A DNA stretch of 64,000 nt from an uncultured Jatrophihabitantaceae bacterium (GCA_964252015.1 CAXULW010000019.1:4118-68117); one strand, 5' to 3'; shown: positions 40,205-48,764, counted from the first letter of the stretch. Translations and numbers: made by a program. Notes: a model not told the origin generated them from the sequence alone.

Positions 40205-42045
40205 TCGAAGGTGTTCGCGACCGCGTTGCGCGGGTGCGTTCGGGCTATCTGGCCCGACCGTTCACCTCGCTGCAGTTGCTGCTGCTGTCCGGGGCGGTGC
40301 TGCTGACCTTCGGGGTCCTGATGTCGGTGTCGACAACGATCTCGGCCGCGACCAGCAACAACAAGGGCACGTTGTGGACCCAGGTGGTCGAGGAGGCCCT
40401 GTTCATCAGCATCGGCATCCCGGTCCTCTGGCTGGGGGCCCGGATCCCGCCGCGGGTGTACCGGATGCTCGTCTACCCGGTGCTGCTGCTGGCCATGATC
40501 ATGTTGTTGGCGGTTTTCGTCCCGCACATCGGCGTTGAGATCAACGATGCCCGCCGGTGGCTGAAGGTCGGCCCGGTGCAGATCCAGCCGAGCGAGTTCG
40601 CGAAGTTGGCCATGCTGTTGTGGGCCGCCGACCTGCTCGCCCGCCGCGAGGAACGTGGTGACCTGCGCTCGCCCGGACGGATCCTGTGGCCGGTCCTGCC
40701 CGCGTTCACCGTCGTATCCGCCTTGATCGTGTCCGAGCCCGACCTGGGCACGACCCTGTGTTTCCTGACCATGCTCATCGGCCTGCTGTGGACGGTGGGG
40801 TTGCCCTACCGCTACTTCGCCGGTGTGGTCGCCGCGATGGTCGGCGCGGTGGCGCTGGTGGCCGTGCTCGACCCGCGCCGGCTGGAACGGATCACCTCGT
40901 TCCTGCATCCGCTGAGCGACACCAGCAACACCGGCCACCAGGCGTTGCAGGGCCTGTACGCACTGTCCTCGGGCGGCATCTTCGGCGTCGGCCTCGGCGC
41001 CGGTCCGTTGAAATTCGGTTACGTCCCCAACGCCAACACCGACTACGTCTTCGCGATCATCGGTGAGGAATTGGGCCTGCTCGGCTGCCTGTTCGTCCTG
41101 GCCGGTTTCGGGCTGTTCGCCTACGCCGCGCTGCGGGTGGCGCGGCGCAGCGCGGACTGTTTCACCCGGCTGGCCGCGAGCGGCACCGCGGTGTGGATCT
41201 GTGGCCAGGCCCTGATCAACATTGGTTACGTGACGGGTCTGCTTCCGGTGACGGGTATCCCGCTGCCGTTCGTCTCGGCCGGTGGCACCTCGCTGGTGTT
41301 GACGATGGGCGTGCTGGGGATGCTGGTCTCCTTCGCGCGCCACGAACCCGAGGCGGTTGTCGCGGCGCGGGCGGCCGCGGCTTCCGGTGAACGCAGCGGG
41401 TTCGTGCGTTGGACGCGTCTCGGCCTGCCGCGGGTTGCCGTGCCGGTCACCCCGCGTCCGGCCCGCCCCAAGGCTGCTCGCCCCACCCGCGCCCAGGCCC
41501 GCCCCCCGGCTCGTACCCGTGCCGCCGCTACGCGCCCCGCCGGGGGGCCGGCGACGGCCGCCCCGCGCCCAGCCGCTCATGCGCCCTCGGCCCCCTCTCG
41601 CTCGCGACTGCCGCAGCCAGCATCGGCGCCCCCGACGCAGGCCCGGCCCACGCAGGCGCGGCCGACCCAAGCCCGCCCCGCCCAAGACCGCCCGGCCCAG
41701 GCACGGGCGGGGCAGGATCGCCTGGCCCAGGATCGCTCAGCCCAAGGTCGCTCGGCCCAGGATCGCTCAGCCCAGGATCGCTCGGCCCAGGATCGCTCAG
41801 CCCAGGATCGCTCAGCCCAGGATCGCTCAGCCCAAGGTCGGGCAAGCCAACCCCGGCGGAGGCCGCAACCGCCTGACCCCCGGCAAGCCGCGGAGTCCCG
41901 GCAAGCCGCGGAGTCCCGGCGGGCCGCAGAATCCCGGCAAGGCGCGGAGTCCCTGCGGACCGCTGAGTCGCGCGCGACCCCGGAGGTGCGCCGGGCGGCC
42001 GAGCGCCGACGTGGTGCGGGACCACCCTCGGCGCGCACCGGATGA
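40201..42045 (+). CDS. ftsW: SEDS-family peptidoglycan polymerase / cell division protein FtsW with a ~210-aa repetitive C-terminal tail
   Basis: It has a ten-TM core with QPSEFAK, SDTSNTGHQALQGLYALSSGGIFGVGLG and LPVTGIPLPFVSAGGTS. The tail is described in the next feature. Confidence 0.88.
   Translation: MIEGVRDRVARVRSGYLARPFTSLQLLLLSGAVLLTFGVLMSVSTTISAATSNNKGTLWTQVVEEALFISIGIPVLWLGARIPPRVYRMLVYPVLLLAMIMLLAVFVPHIGVEINDARRWLKVGPVQIQPSEFAKLAMLLWAADLLARREERGDLRSPGRILWPVLPAFTVVSALIVSEPDLGTTLCFLTMLIGLLWTVGLPYRYFAGVVAAMVGAVALVAVLDPRRLERITSFLHPLSDTSNTGHQALQGLYALSSGGIFGVGLGAGPLKFGYVPNANTDYVFAIIGEELGLLGCLFVLAGFGLFAYAALRVARRSADCFTRLAASGTAVWICGQALINIGYVTGLLPVTGIPLPFVSAGGTSLVLTMGVLGMLVSFARHEPEAVVAARAAAASGERSGFVRWTRLGLPRVAVPVTPRPARPKAARPTRAQARPPARTRAAATRPAGGPATAAPRPAAHAPSAPSRSRLPQPASAPPTQARPTQARPTQARPAQDRPAQARAGQDRLAQDRSAQGRSAQDRSAQDRSAQDRSAQDRSAQDRSAQGRASQPRRRPQPPDPRQAAESRQAAESRRAAESRQGAESLRTAESRATPEVRRAAERRRGAGPPSARTG
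41636..41970 (+). repeat. in-frame tandem repeats in the ftsW 3' region: ~14 copies of a 15-bp unit (RPTQA -> AQDRS pentapeptides), then ~5 copies of an 18-bp unit (RQAAES)
   Basis: Units caggatcgctcagcc are read directly at 41713-41847, with three consecutive identical copies at 41788-41832. Degenerate 15-bp units lie at 41636-41712. The unit cggcaagccgcggagtcc lies at 41881-41970. Confidence 0.85.
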
Positions 42046-43184
42046 CCGCTCCCAGCACCGGACCAACTCCCGCGCACCCCGCCCCGCCGAGCGGGCCGCG
42101 GGTCGTCGTCGCCGGCGGACACAGCGCCGGACACATCGAACCGGCGCTGGCCGTCGCCGACGCGGTACGTCGACTCGACGGCACGGCCACCGTCACCGCG
42201 CTGGGCACCGAACGGGGTCTGGACACCGTTCTGATCCCGGCCCGGGGTTACCCGCTGGAGCTGATCCCGCCGGTCCCGATGCCGCGCCGGCCCAGCAAGG
42301 CCCTGCTCCAGGTTCCCGCGCGGGTGGTCAATGCCGTCCGGGCAACCCGGGCCGTGCTCGACCGCGTCGATGCTCAGGTCGTGATCGGCTTCGGCGGGTA
42401 CGTCGCCCTGCCCGCGTACGTGGCCGCGCGTCGTCGTCGCATCCCGATCGTGGTGCACGAGGCCAACGCCAGGGCCGGCCTGGCCAACCGGGTCGGCGCG
42501 TGGCTCACGCCCAACGTCTACACGGCGTCGGCCGCGGTGAAGCTGCGCCACAGTGAGCCGGTGGGAATCCCGCTCCGCCCGGCGATCACCAACCTCGACC
42601 GCGCCGGCGCCCGTCCCGAGGCGGCGCGGCGGTTCGGGCTCGAGCCAGACCGGCCCACGCTGATGGTCACCGGCGGCTCCCAGGGCGCCCAGGCGATCAA
42701 CCGGGCCGTCGTCGACGCCTTGCCCGACCTGCTCGCCGCCGGGGTTCAGGTGCTGCACATCGTCGGGCCGAAAAACGTCGAGCAGATCCCGGCCGACGCG
42801 GGTGACGGACCCGGACGGTACGAGCCCGTGCCGTTCGTGTCCGACATGCAGTGGGCGTACGCCGCGGCCGACCTGGTCGTGTGCCGGTCCGGCGCGATGA
42901 CGTGTGCCGAACTCGCCGCGGTCGGGCTGCCGGCGGTGTTCGTGCCGTTGCCGTTGCGCGGTGGCGAGCAGCGCCTCAACGCCGACCCGATCGTCGCCGC
43001 CGGCGGCGGCCTGGTCGTGGCCAACGCCGAGTTCACCGCGGGCTGGATCGTCGAGAACGTTTTGCCGTTGCTGGTCGACCCGCAGCGATTGACGACGATG
43101 TCGCGCGCGGCGGCCCGGGTCGGCAACCGCGACGCCGCCGACGTGCTGGCCCGGCGCGTCCTCGATCTGGCCGGTGCGCAGTGA
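42042..43184 (+). CDS. murG: undecaprenyldiphospho-muramoylpentapeptide beta-N-acetylglucosaminyltransferase
   Basis: GGHSAGHIEPALAVAD, VTGGSQGA and CRSGAMTCAELAAVGLPAVFVPLP are present. The start overlaps the ftsW stop (ATGA). Confidence 0.9.
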   Translation: MTAPSTGPTPAHPAPPSGPRVVVAGGHSAGHIEPALAVADAVRRLDGTATVTALGTERGLDTVLIPARGYPLELIPPVPMPRRPSKALLQVPARVVNAVRATRAVLDRVDAQVVIGFGGYVALPAYVAARRRRIPIVVHEANARAGLANRVGAWLTPNVYTASAAVKLRHSEPVGIPLRPAITNLDRAGARPEAARRFGLEPDRPTLMVTGGSQGAQAINRAVVDALPDLLAAGVQVLHIVGPKNVEQIPADAGDGPGRYEPVPFVSDMQWAYAAADLVVCRSGAMTCAELAAVGLPAVFVPLPLRGGEQRLNADPIVAAGGGLVVANAEFTAGWIVENVLPLLVDPQRLTTMSRAAARVGNRDAADVLARRVLDLAGAQ

Positions 43185-44830
43185 CCGAACCGGATGCGCC
43201 CCAGGCAACCCCCGGCCCGGTCGCTGCTCCCGGGCGGGTGCCGGACCGGCCGCAGGACGCCTACGACCGGCCGCAGGACTGGGCCGCACCCGGCGCGGCC
43301 CTGGTGCGCAGCGCCGCCACCGACGTCGTGCCCACGCTGGCCGAGCTGGGCCGGGTGCACATCGTCGGCATCGCCGGCGCGGGGATGAGCGGATTGGCCC
43401 GGATCCTGCTCGCCCGCGACGTCGAGGTCAGCGGCTGCGAGGCCCGCGATTCCGACACCGTCGCCGCGCTGCGGATGCTCGACGCGACCGTGTGGACCGG
43501 CCACAGTGCCAGCCATCTGGACGGCGTCGACAGCGTCGTCTACTCGACCGCGATACCGCCGAAACACCTCGAGTTGGTGGCCGGGCGCGAACGCGGCTTG
43601 CGGGTGCTGCGGCGGGCGGCGGCCCTGGCGGCCGCGTTGGGCGACCGGCGTGCGCTCACCGTCGCGGGCACGCACGGCAAGACCACGACGACCTCCCTGC
43701 TCACGGTCGCGCTGCAGGCCGGCGGGCTCGATCCGTCCTTCGCCATCGGCGGCACCCTGCACGAGACCGGGCGCAACGCGCACTTCGGCTCGGGGGGGTA
43801 CGCCGTCATCGAGGCCGACGAGAGCGACGGCTCGTTCCTGCTGCTGCGGTCCGAGGTGGCGATCGTCACCAACGTCGAAGCCGATCACCTGGAGAACCAC
43901 GGCGACCTGGCCGGCGTCGAGCGCGCGTTCGGCCAGTTCGTCGACCGGATCGTGGCCGGCGGCCTGCTGGTGGTGTGCCTGGACGACGCCGGGAGCGCCC
44001 GCCTGGTTGGTTACGCGCGCAGGATGATCGCCGAGGGCCGCGAGCTGCGCGTGCGCACCTACGGCGAGAGTGCGGACGCCGACGTCGTCATCACCCAGAT
44101 CGTCGAGGCATCGGATTCGGTGACGCTGACCGTTCGCGGGGTCGGTTCCGGTCGCGGTGACCTCGCGGACGACTCCGGGCGGACCGTGACCGTCGGCGGG
44201 CTGGTCGGGCGGCACATGGCGCTCAACGCGGCGGCGGCGCTGACCGTGGCGGCCGAGCTCGGCGTCGATCTCGACCGGGTGGCTTCCGCCTGGCACGCGT
44301 TCCGCGGGGTCAAGCGCCGTTTCGAGCTGCGCGGTACCGCCGACGGGGTGCGGGTGTACGACGATTACGCCCACCACCCGACCGAGATCGCGGCTGCTTT
44401 ACACGCGGCCCGAACCGTGAGCGGGGCCGGCCGGCTGGTCGCGGTGTTCCAGCCGGGCACGTTCAGCCGCACGCAGACCTTCGCGACGGAGTTCGCCCAG
44501 GCCATGGCGCTGGCCGACGTCGCCGTGGTCATGGACATCTTCCCGTCCCGCGAGGAGCCGATCCCGGGCGTGACTGGAGCGTTGGTCGCCGACGCGATCC
44601 CGCTCCCTCCCGACAACGTCATCTACGAGCCGAGCTGGACCGCCACCGCCGCCCGGGTCGCCGATGTCGTGCGGCCCGGCGACGTCGTCGTCACCATGGG
44701 CATCGGTGACGTCTACCTGCTCTGCCCGGACATCCTGGCCGAGATCGCGCTGCGTGCCGCGGACCGAGATCGGGCCGCCGACGACGACCCGGCCGGGCCG
44801 GCCGGCACCGATCAGGGGGAGTCCTCGTGA
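43181..44830 (+). CDS. murC: UDP-N-acetylmuramate--L-alanine ligase
   Basis: The GTG at 43181 overlaps the murG stop (GTGA), inside ORF 42851..44830. HIVGIAGAGMSGLARIL, VAGTHGKTTTTS and DDYAHHPTE are present. Confidence 0.9.
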   Translation: MTEPDAPQATPGPVAAPGRVPDRPQDAYDRPQDWAAPGAALVRSAATDVVPTLAELGRVHIVGIAGAGMSGLARILLARDVEVSGCEARDSDTVAALRMLDATVWTGHSASHLDGVDSVVYSTAIPPKHLELVAGRERGLRVLRRAAALAAALGDRRALTVAGTHGKTTTTSLLTVALQAGGLDPSFAIGGTLHETGRNAHFGSGGYAVIEADESDGSFLLLRSEVAIVTNVEADHLENHGDLAGVERAFGQFVDRIVAGGLLVVCLDDAGSARLVGYARRMIAEGRELRVRTYGESADADVVITQIVEASDSVTLTVRGVGSGRGDLADDSGRTVTVGGLVGRHMALNAAAALTVAAELGVDLDRVASAWHAFRGVKRRFELRGTADGVRVYDDYAHHPTEIAAALHAARTVSGAGRLVAVFQPGTFSRTQTFATEFAQAMALADVAVVMDIFPSREEPIPGVTGALVADAIPLPPDNVIYEPSWTATAARVADVVRPGDVVVTMGIGDVYLLCPDILAEIALRAADRDRAADDDPAGPAGTDQGESS

Positions 44831-45636
44831 CGATCGCCACCGACCGCCGCGACGCCGGCGGCCATGACGCCGACGGCCATGACTCCGACGGCCATGACTC
44901 CGACGGCCATGGCATCGGGCCTGATGCCGAACCGGCTCGCAATCGTGACGGATCCAGTCGGCCACCGCGCCGCTGGCGGCTGTGGGGCGCCGGCGTCCTG
45001 GTTGTCGCCCTGCTGGCCGGGTTGGTGTGGATCGTCGCGTTCAGCCCGGTGCTGGCTGCGCGCTCGGTCAAGGTCGAGGGCACCCAACGGCTCAGCCGCG
45101 ACCAGATCGTCGCCGCCGCCGACGTCCGGCTCGGCACGCCGTTGGTGCGGGTGCCGCGCGGCGACATCGTGCGCCGGGTGGAGCGGCTGTCCGAGGTGCG
45201 CTCGGCCCGGGTCGAGCTGTCGTTCCCGGGCACCGTCGTCATCGCCGTCACCGAACGGGTGGCCGCGGCCTACCGGCAGACCGCGGACGGCCATTACACC
45301 TACATCGACGCCACCGGCCGGTCGTTCGCCGACCTCACCGCGGTCCCGGCCGCGCTGCCCCAGCTGGCCCCGTCACCAGCCGTGGCGAACGACACCACCA
45401 CCCTGGCCGCGATGGCCCAGATCTCGGCCGCTCTGCCCGCGTCCATCCGGGCCGAGGTCGCTGAGGTCACTGCGGCCGCGCCCGACGACATCACCCTGGC
45501 CCTGCGCGACGGGCGCAGCGTGGTGTGGGGCGACGGCACCCGCAACGCCGCCAAGATCCGGGTCCTCCCGGCCCTGTTGGCTCGGAAGGGACACGTCTAC
45601 GACGTCAGCAACCCCGACCAGGTCTTCACCCACTGA
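44827..45636 (+). CDS. ftsQ: cell division protein FtsQ (POTRA plus FtsQ domain)
   Basis: It has one TM (VLVVALLAGLVWIVAF), a POTRA-like segment (VKVEGTQRLSRDQIVAAADV) and the terminal VYDVS.P. The N-terminus contains a (GHD(A/S)D)x3 repeat from 15-bp units at 44860-44913. Confidence 0.82.
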   Translation: MTIATDRRDAGGHDADGHDSDGHDSDGHGIGPDAEPARNRDGSSRPPRRWRLWGAGVLVVALLAGLVWIVAFSPVLAARSVKVEGTQRLSRDQIVAAADVRLGTPLVRVPRGDIVRRVERLSEVRSARVELSFPGTVVIAVTERVAAAYRQTADGHYTYIDATGRSFADLTAVPAALPQLAPSPAVANDTTTLAAMAQISAALPASIRAEVAEVTAAAPDDITLALRDGRSVVWGDGTRNAAKIRVLPALLARKGHVYDVSNPDQVFTH

Positions 45637-45643
45637 ACAACGA

Positions 45644-45688
45644 TCCGGGTGCAGAGATGGACGCCAGGTGTCCATCTCTGCACCCGGA
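45644..45688. repeat. perfect 19-bp inverted repeat with a 7-nt loop (copy B of the palindromic element; possible ftsQ terminator/attenuator)
   Basis: tccgggtgcagagatggac-gccaggt-gtccatctctgcacccgga, beginning 8 nt after the ftsQ stop. The core cgggtgca...ggac..c..ggtgtccat.t.tgcacccg is shared with 4989..5039. Confidence 0.75.
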
Positions 45689-45748
45689 CCGCGGCGCAAC
45701 GCGGGAATCGTCGTGCCACGGGTCGAAGGGTGGTGGCACACTGGCATC

Positions 45749-45991
45749 ATGGATGCCACGGTGGTGCTGGGCCAGCAGGGTCGGCTGGTGATTCCGGCCG
45801 AGGTCCGGGCTGCGCTGGGGTTGGCTCCCGGCGATCGGTTGCATTTGCGCCTGGTCGGTCCGCGGCTCGTGTTCGAGCGCCCGCAGGACGCCATCGCCGA
45901 GTTGCGCGCGCTGGCCGGGGATGTGCCGAAGTCGCGATCTTTCGTCGACGAGTTGCTGGCCGAGCGCCGAATCGCCGCCGCCGCCGAATGA
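45749..45991 (+). CDS. vapB: AbrB/MazE/SpoVT-family antitoxin (VapB-type)
   Basis: The ATG at 45749 lies inside the long spurious ORF 44864..45991 and gives 80 aa. [26 protein letters not shown] is a swapped-hairpin SpoVT-AbrB motif. The stop overlaps the toxin start (ATGA). Confidence 0.75.
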   Translation: MDATVVLGQQGRLVIPAEVRAALGLAPGDRLHLRLVGPRLVFERPQDAIAELRALAGDVPKSRSFVDELLAERRIAAAAE

Positions 45992-46368
45992 CCGTGCTCG
46001 ACGCCTCGGCCGTGCTCGCACTGATCCACAACGAGGCCGGCGCCGACGTCGTGGCCGCAGAGATCTCTGGCGCTGTTCTTGGCGCGGCAAACCTGGCCGA
46101 AGTTGTGGGCAAACCCGTTGACGCCAATATTGACGTTGCCCGCCTCCGCGAGCTGCTCGGTGCCGCCGGGGTCACGGTGGAACCGCTCAGCGCCGAAGAC
46201 GCGGAACTCGCCGGCGCGATGCGTTCCCTCCCCGGCGGCCCGGCCTTGTCGTTGGGTGACCGTTGCTGCCTGGCCCTGACGGTGCGCACCGTCCCGGCCG
46301 AAGTACTGACCGCCGACCGAGCCTGGGCCGACCTCGACCTCCCCATCCGAGTTCGCCTTCTTCGCTAG
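45988..46368 (+). CDS. vapC: PIN-domain ribonuclease toxin (VapC-type)
   Basis: The ATG at 45988 lies inside ORF 45649..46368 and gives 126 aa. The acidic quartet has canonical PIN spacing: D5 (VLDASAV), E38 (NLAEV), D91 (SLGDRCCLA) and D110 (TADRAW). Confidence 0.8.
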   Translation: MTVLDASAVLALIHNEAGADVVAAEISGAVLGAANLAEVVGKPVDANIDVARLRELLGAAGVTVEPLSAEDAELAGAMRSLPGGPALSLGDRCCLALTVRTVPAEVLTADRAWADLDLPIRVRLLR

Positions 46369-46654
46369 CCGGCTCGCTGTTCGGCTGATCAGGGCGCCAA
46401 CCCGGCGGCGCTTTGCTGGTCGAGCGGTGGCTTCGGGGGCATGTCCCAAGCGACCTGCTGACCAGGAAAGCCACAACGGCGCGAGCGAAACCTCGGCGTG
46501 TCGGCACCCGCCTACGTCAGATCGCGACCCGTCACGGATAGCTTTTCTTCATCACGCCAGGTTGACATAACTATAACCGTCTACTTGAGGGTGAGTGTTT
46601 CCGGCCCCGAGCACCACTTCGGCACAACTGCTCCGGCAGACCAAGGAGATCCAC

Positions 46655-47839
46655 ATGAGCATGCCGCACAACTACCTGGCCGTGATCAAGGTCGTCGGCG
46701 TCGGCGGCGGCGGCGTCAACGCGGTCAACCGGATGATCGAGGTCGGCCTGAAGGGCGTCGAGTTCATCGCGGTCAACACCGACGCCCAGGCCCTGCTGAT
46801 GAGCGACGCCGACGTCAAGCTCGACGTCGGCCGCGAGCTCACCCGGGGCCTCGGCGCCGGCGCCCAGCCCGAGGTCGGCCGCCAGGCCGCGGCCGACCAC
46901 TCGGACGAGATCGAAGAGGTGCTCAAGGGCGCCGACATGGTGTTCGTCACCGCGGGCGAGGGCGGCGGTACCGGCACCGGCGGCGCGCCCGTCATCGCCC
47001 AGCTGGCCCGCAAGCTCGGCGCGCTCACCATCGGCGTCGTCACCCGCCCGTTCAGCTTCGAGGGCAAGAAGCGCGCGCAGCAGGCCGAAGACGGCATCGA
47101 GCAGCTGCGGGCCGAGTGCGACACGCTGATCGTCATCCCGAACGACCGGCTGCTGCAGATCTCCGCGCCCAACGTCACTGTCATGGACGCGTTCCGCAGT
47201 GCCGACCAGGTGCTGCTGTCCGGCGTCCAGGGCATCACCGACCTGATCACCACCCCGGGCCTGATCAACCTCGACTTCGCCGACGTCAAGAGCGTGATGA
47301 GCGGCGCCGGGTCGGCCCTGATGGGTATCGGCTCGGCCCGCGGTGAGGGACGGGCCAAGATCGCGGCCGAGATGGCCATCGCCAGCCCCCTGCTCGAGGC
47401 GAGCATGGACGGGGCCCGCGGGGTGCTGCTGTCGATCTACGGCGGCTCGGACCTGGGCCTCTTCGAGATCAACGAGGCGGCCACGCTCGTGTCCGACTCG
47501 GCCCACCCGGACGCCAACATCATCTTCGGCGCGGTCATCGACGACACTCTCGGCGACGAGGTCAAGGTGACGGTCATCGCCGCCGGCTTCGACTCGGGTC
47601 AGCTGCCGTACAAGAAGGTCGAGGTCCGCCGCAACGAGGCGGCCACCGACACCGACCCGGGGGGGTCCCGCGCGGCCCAGTTGGCGCAGCCCACCCGCAC
47701 GGCGTCGGCCACGCCGCAGCCCACCCAGCCGCCGGCCCGTTCGGTCGCCCCGTCGTCGAACTGGCCGCTGCCGTCCGCGTCGCGCACCCCGGTGGAACTG
47801 GACGAGGACCTCGACGTGCCGGACTTCCTCAAGGCGTGA
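46655..47839 (+). CDS. ftsZ: cell division GTPase FtsZ
   Basis: The ATG at 46655 lies 6 nt after [33 protein letters not shown], the [10 protein letters not shown] tubulin signature and the C-terminal [10 protein letters not shown] peptide are present. Confidence 0.95.
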   Translation: MSMPHNYLAVIKVVGVGGGGVNAVNRMIEVGLKGVEFIAVNTDAQALLMSDADVKLDVGRELTRGLGAGAQPEVGRQAAADHSDEIEEVLKGADMVFVTAGEGGGTGTGGAPVIAQLARKLGALTIGVVTRPFSFEGKKRAQQAEDGIEQLRAECDTLIVIPNDRLLQISAPNVTVMDAFRSADQVLLSGVQGITDLITTPGLINLDFADVKSVMSGAGSALMGIGSARGEGRAKIAAEMAIASPLLEASMDGARGVLLSIYGGSDLGLFEINEAATLVSDSAHPDANIIFGAVIDDTLGDEVKVTVIAAGFDSGQLPYKKVEVRRNEAATDTDPGGSRAAQLAQPTRTASATPQPTQPPARSVAPSSNWPLPSASRTPVELDEDLDVPDFLKA

Positions 47840-47894
47840 CCGACGCCGCCCGCCGGCCGGGCCGAGTCGTCCGCTTTGCTGGTCGAATGGTGGC

Positions 47895-48665
47895 ATGACG
47901 CCACCGGTAAGCGACGGCCCGACCAGCAAGGCGGAAACCGGAACGGAGAACGCCGCCGGAACCATCGCAGCCGAGATACGCCGGGCTGAGCTGGCTGCGG
48001 CGTTGGAACGGCTGCGGGGCCGGATCAAGCGGGCGTGCGCCGCGGCGGGGCGCGCTCCCGACGAGATCACGCTGGTCGCGATCACCAAGACGTACCCGGT
48101 CGCCGATGCCCGCACGCTGACCGAACTGGGCGTGCGTGACCTGGGGGAGAACCGGGCCAACGACGCCCGGGACAAGGCCGCGGAACTGCCCGCAGCCCGC
48201 TGGCACTTCGTGGGCCAGCTGCAGACCAACAAGGCCCGCGTCGTCGCCAGGTTCGCGGCCGCCGTGCACTCCGTGGACCGGTCCGCGTTGGTTGCCGCCC
48301 TGGACAAGGCGGTGGCCCAGGCCGAGCACCCACCGCTGGACGTGTTCTTGCAGATCAGCCTCGACGGTGACGAACGCCGCGGCGGAGTGGTCGCCGGCAA
48401 CGTCGCCGCGCTGGCCGACGAGGTCGTCCAGGCCGGGCATTTGCAGCTGGCCGGCGTCATGGCCGTCGCCCCGCAGGAGCAGGACCCGGGCGATGCGTTC
48501 GCCCGCCTGAAGGCGATCTCGACCGAGCTGCGCACCCGTCACCCGCAAGCCGCGGCCATCAGCGCCGGCATGAGCAACGACCTGGAAGAAGCAATTCTGC
48601 ACGGGGCGACACACGTGCGTGTCGGATCGGCGTTGCTCGGCCAACGCCCGCCGGTTGTGGGCTAG
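47895..48665 (+). CDS. YggS/YlmE-family pyridoxal-phosphate homeostasis protein
   Basis: LVAITKT (PLP lysine), GENR, WHFVGQLQTNKA and MSNDLEEAI are present. Confidence 0.85.
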   Translation: MTPPVSDGPTSKAETGTENAAGTIAAEIRRAELAAALERLRGRIKRACAAAGRAPDEITLVAITKTYPVADARTLTELGVRDLGENRANDARDKAAELPAARWHFVGQLQTNKARVVARFAAAVHSVDRSALVAALDKAVAQAEHPPLDVFLQISLDGDERRGGVVAGNVAALADEVVQAGHLQLAGVMAVAPQEQDPGDAFARLKAISTELRTRHPQAAAISAGMSNDLEEAILHGATHVRVGSALLGQRPPVVG

Positions 48666-48764
48666 CGTCCGTGACAACGGGCCGAATGCAGAGCCTGACC
48701 CCGCAATGTCCGGCACGCCAGCTCGCACGACATCAACGCTGAATCTCAGATGGAGGACTCCACA

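Noticed and set aside
41636-41970. Could the many short direct repeats (ftsW, ileS, murF and others) be CRISPR arrays?
   Set aside because: The units are contiguous with no spacers, are 12-21 bp long, lie in frame inside recognisable genes, and no cas genes are present.
46562-46590. TTGACA hexamer in the AT-rich patch upstream of ftsZ as a -35 element
   Set aside because: No acceptable TANNNT -10 hexamer lies at 16-19 nt spacing, so I do not call a promoter; only the AT-rich patch is noted.
45644-46654. vapBC region as a mobile element or genomic island
   Set aside because: There is no transposase, integrase or tRNA. I could identify no terminal inverted repeats or target duplications directly flanking the pair; the 23-nt repeats bracket ftsZ, not vapBC. 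Only a mild codon-usage difference is seen by eye.
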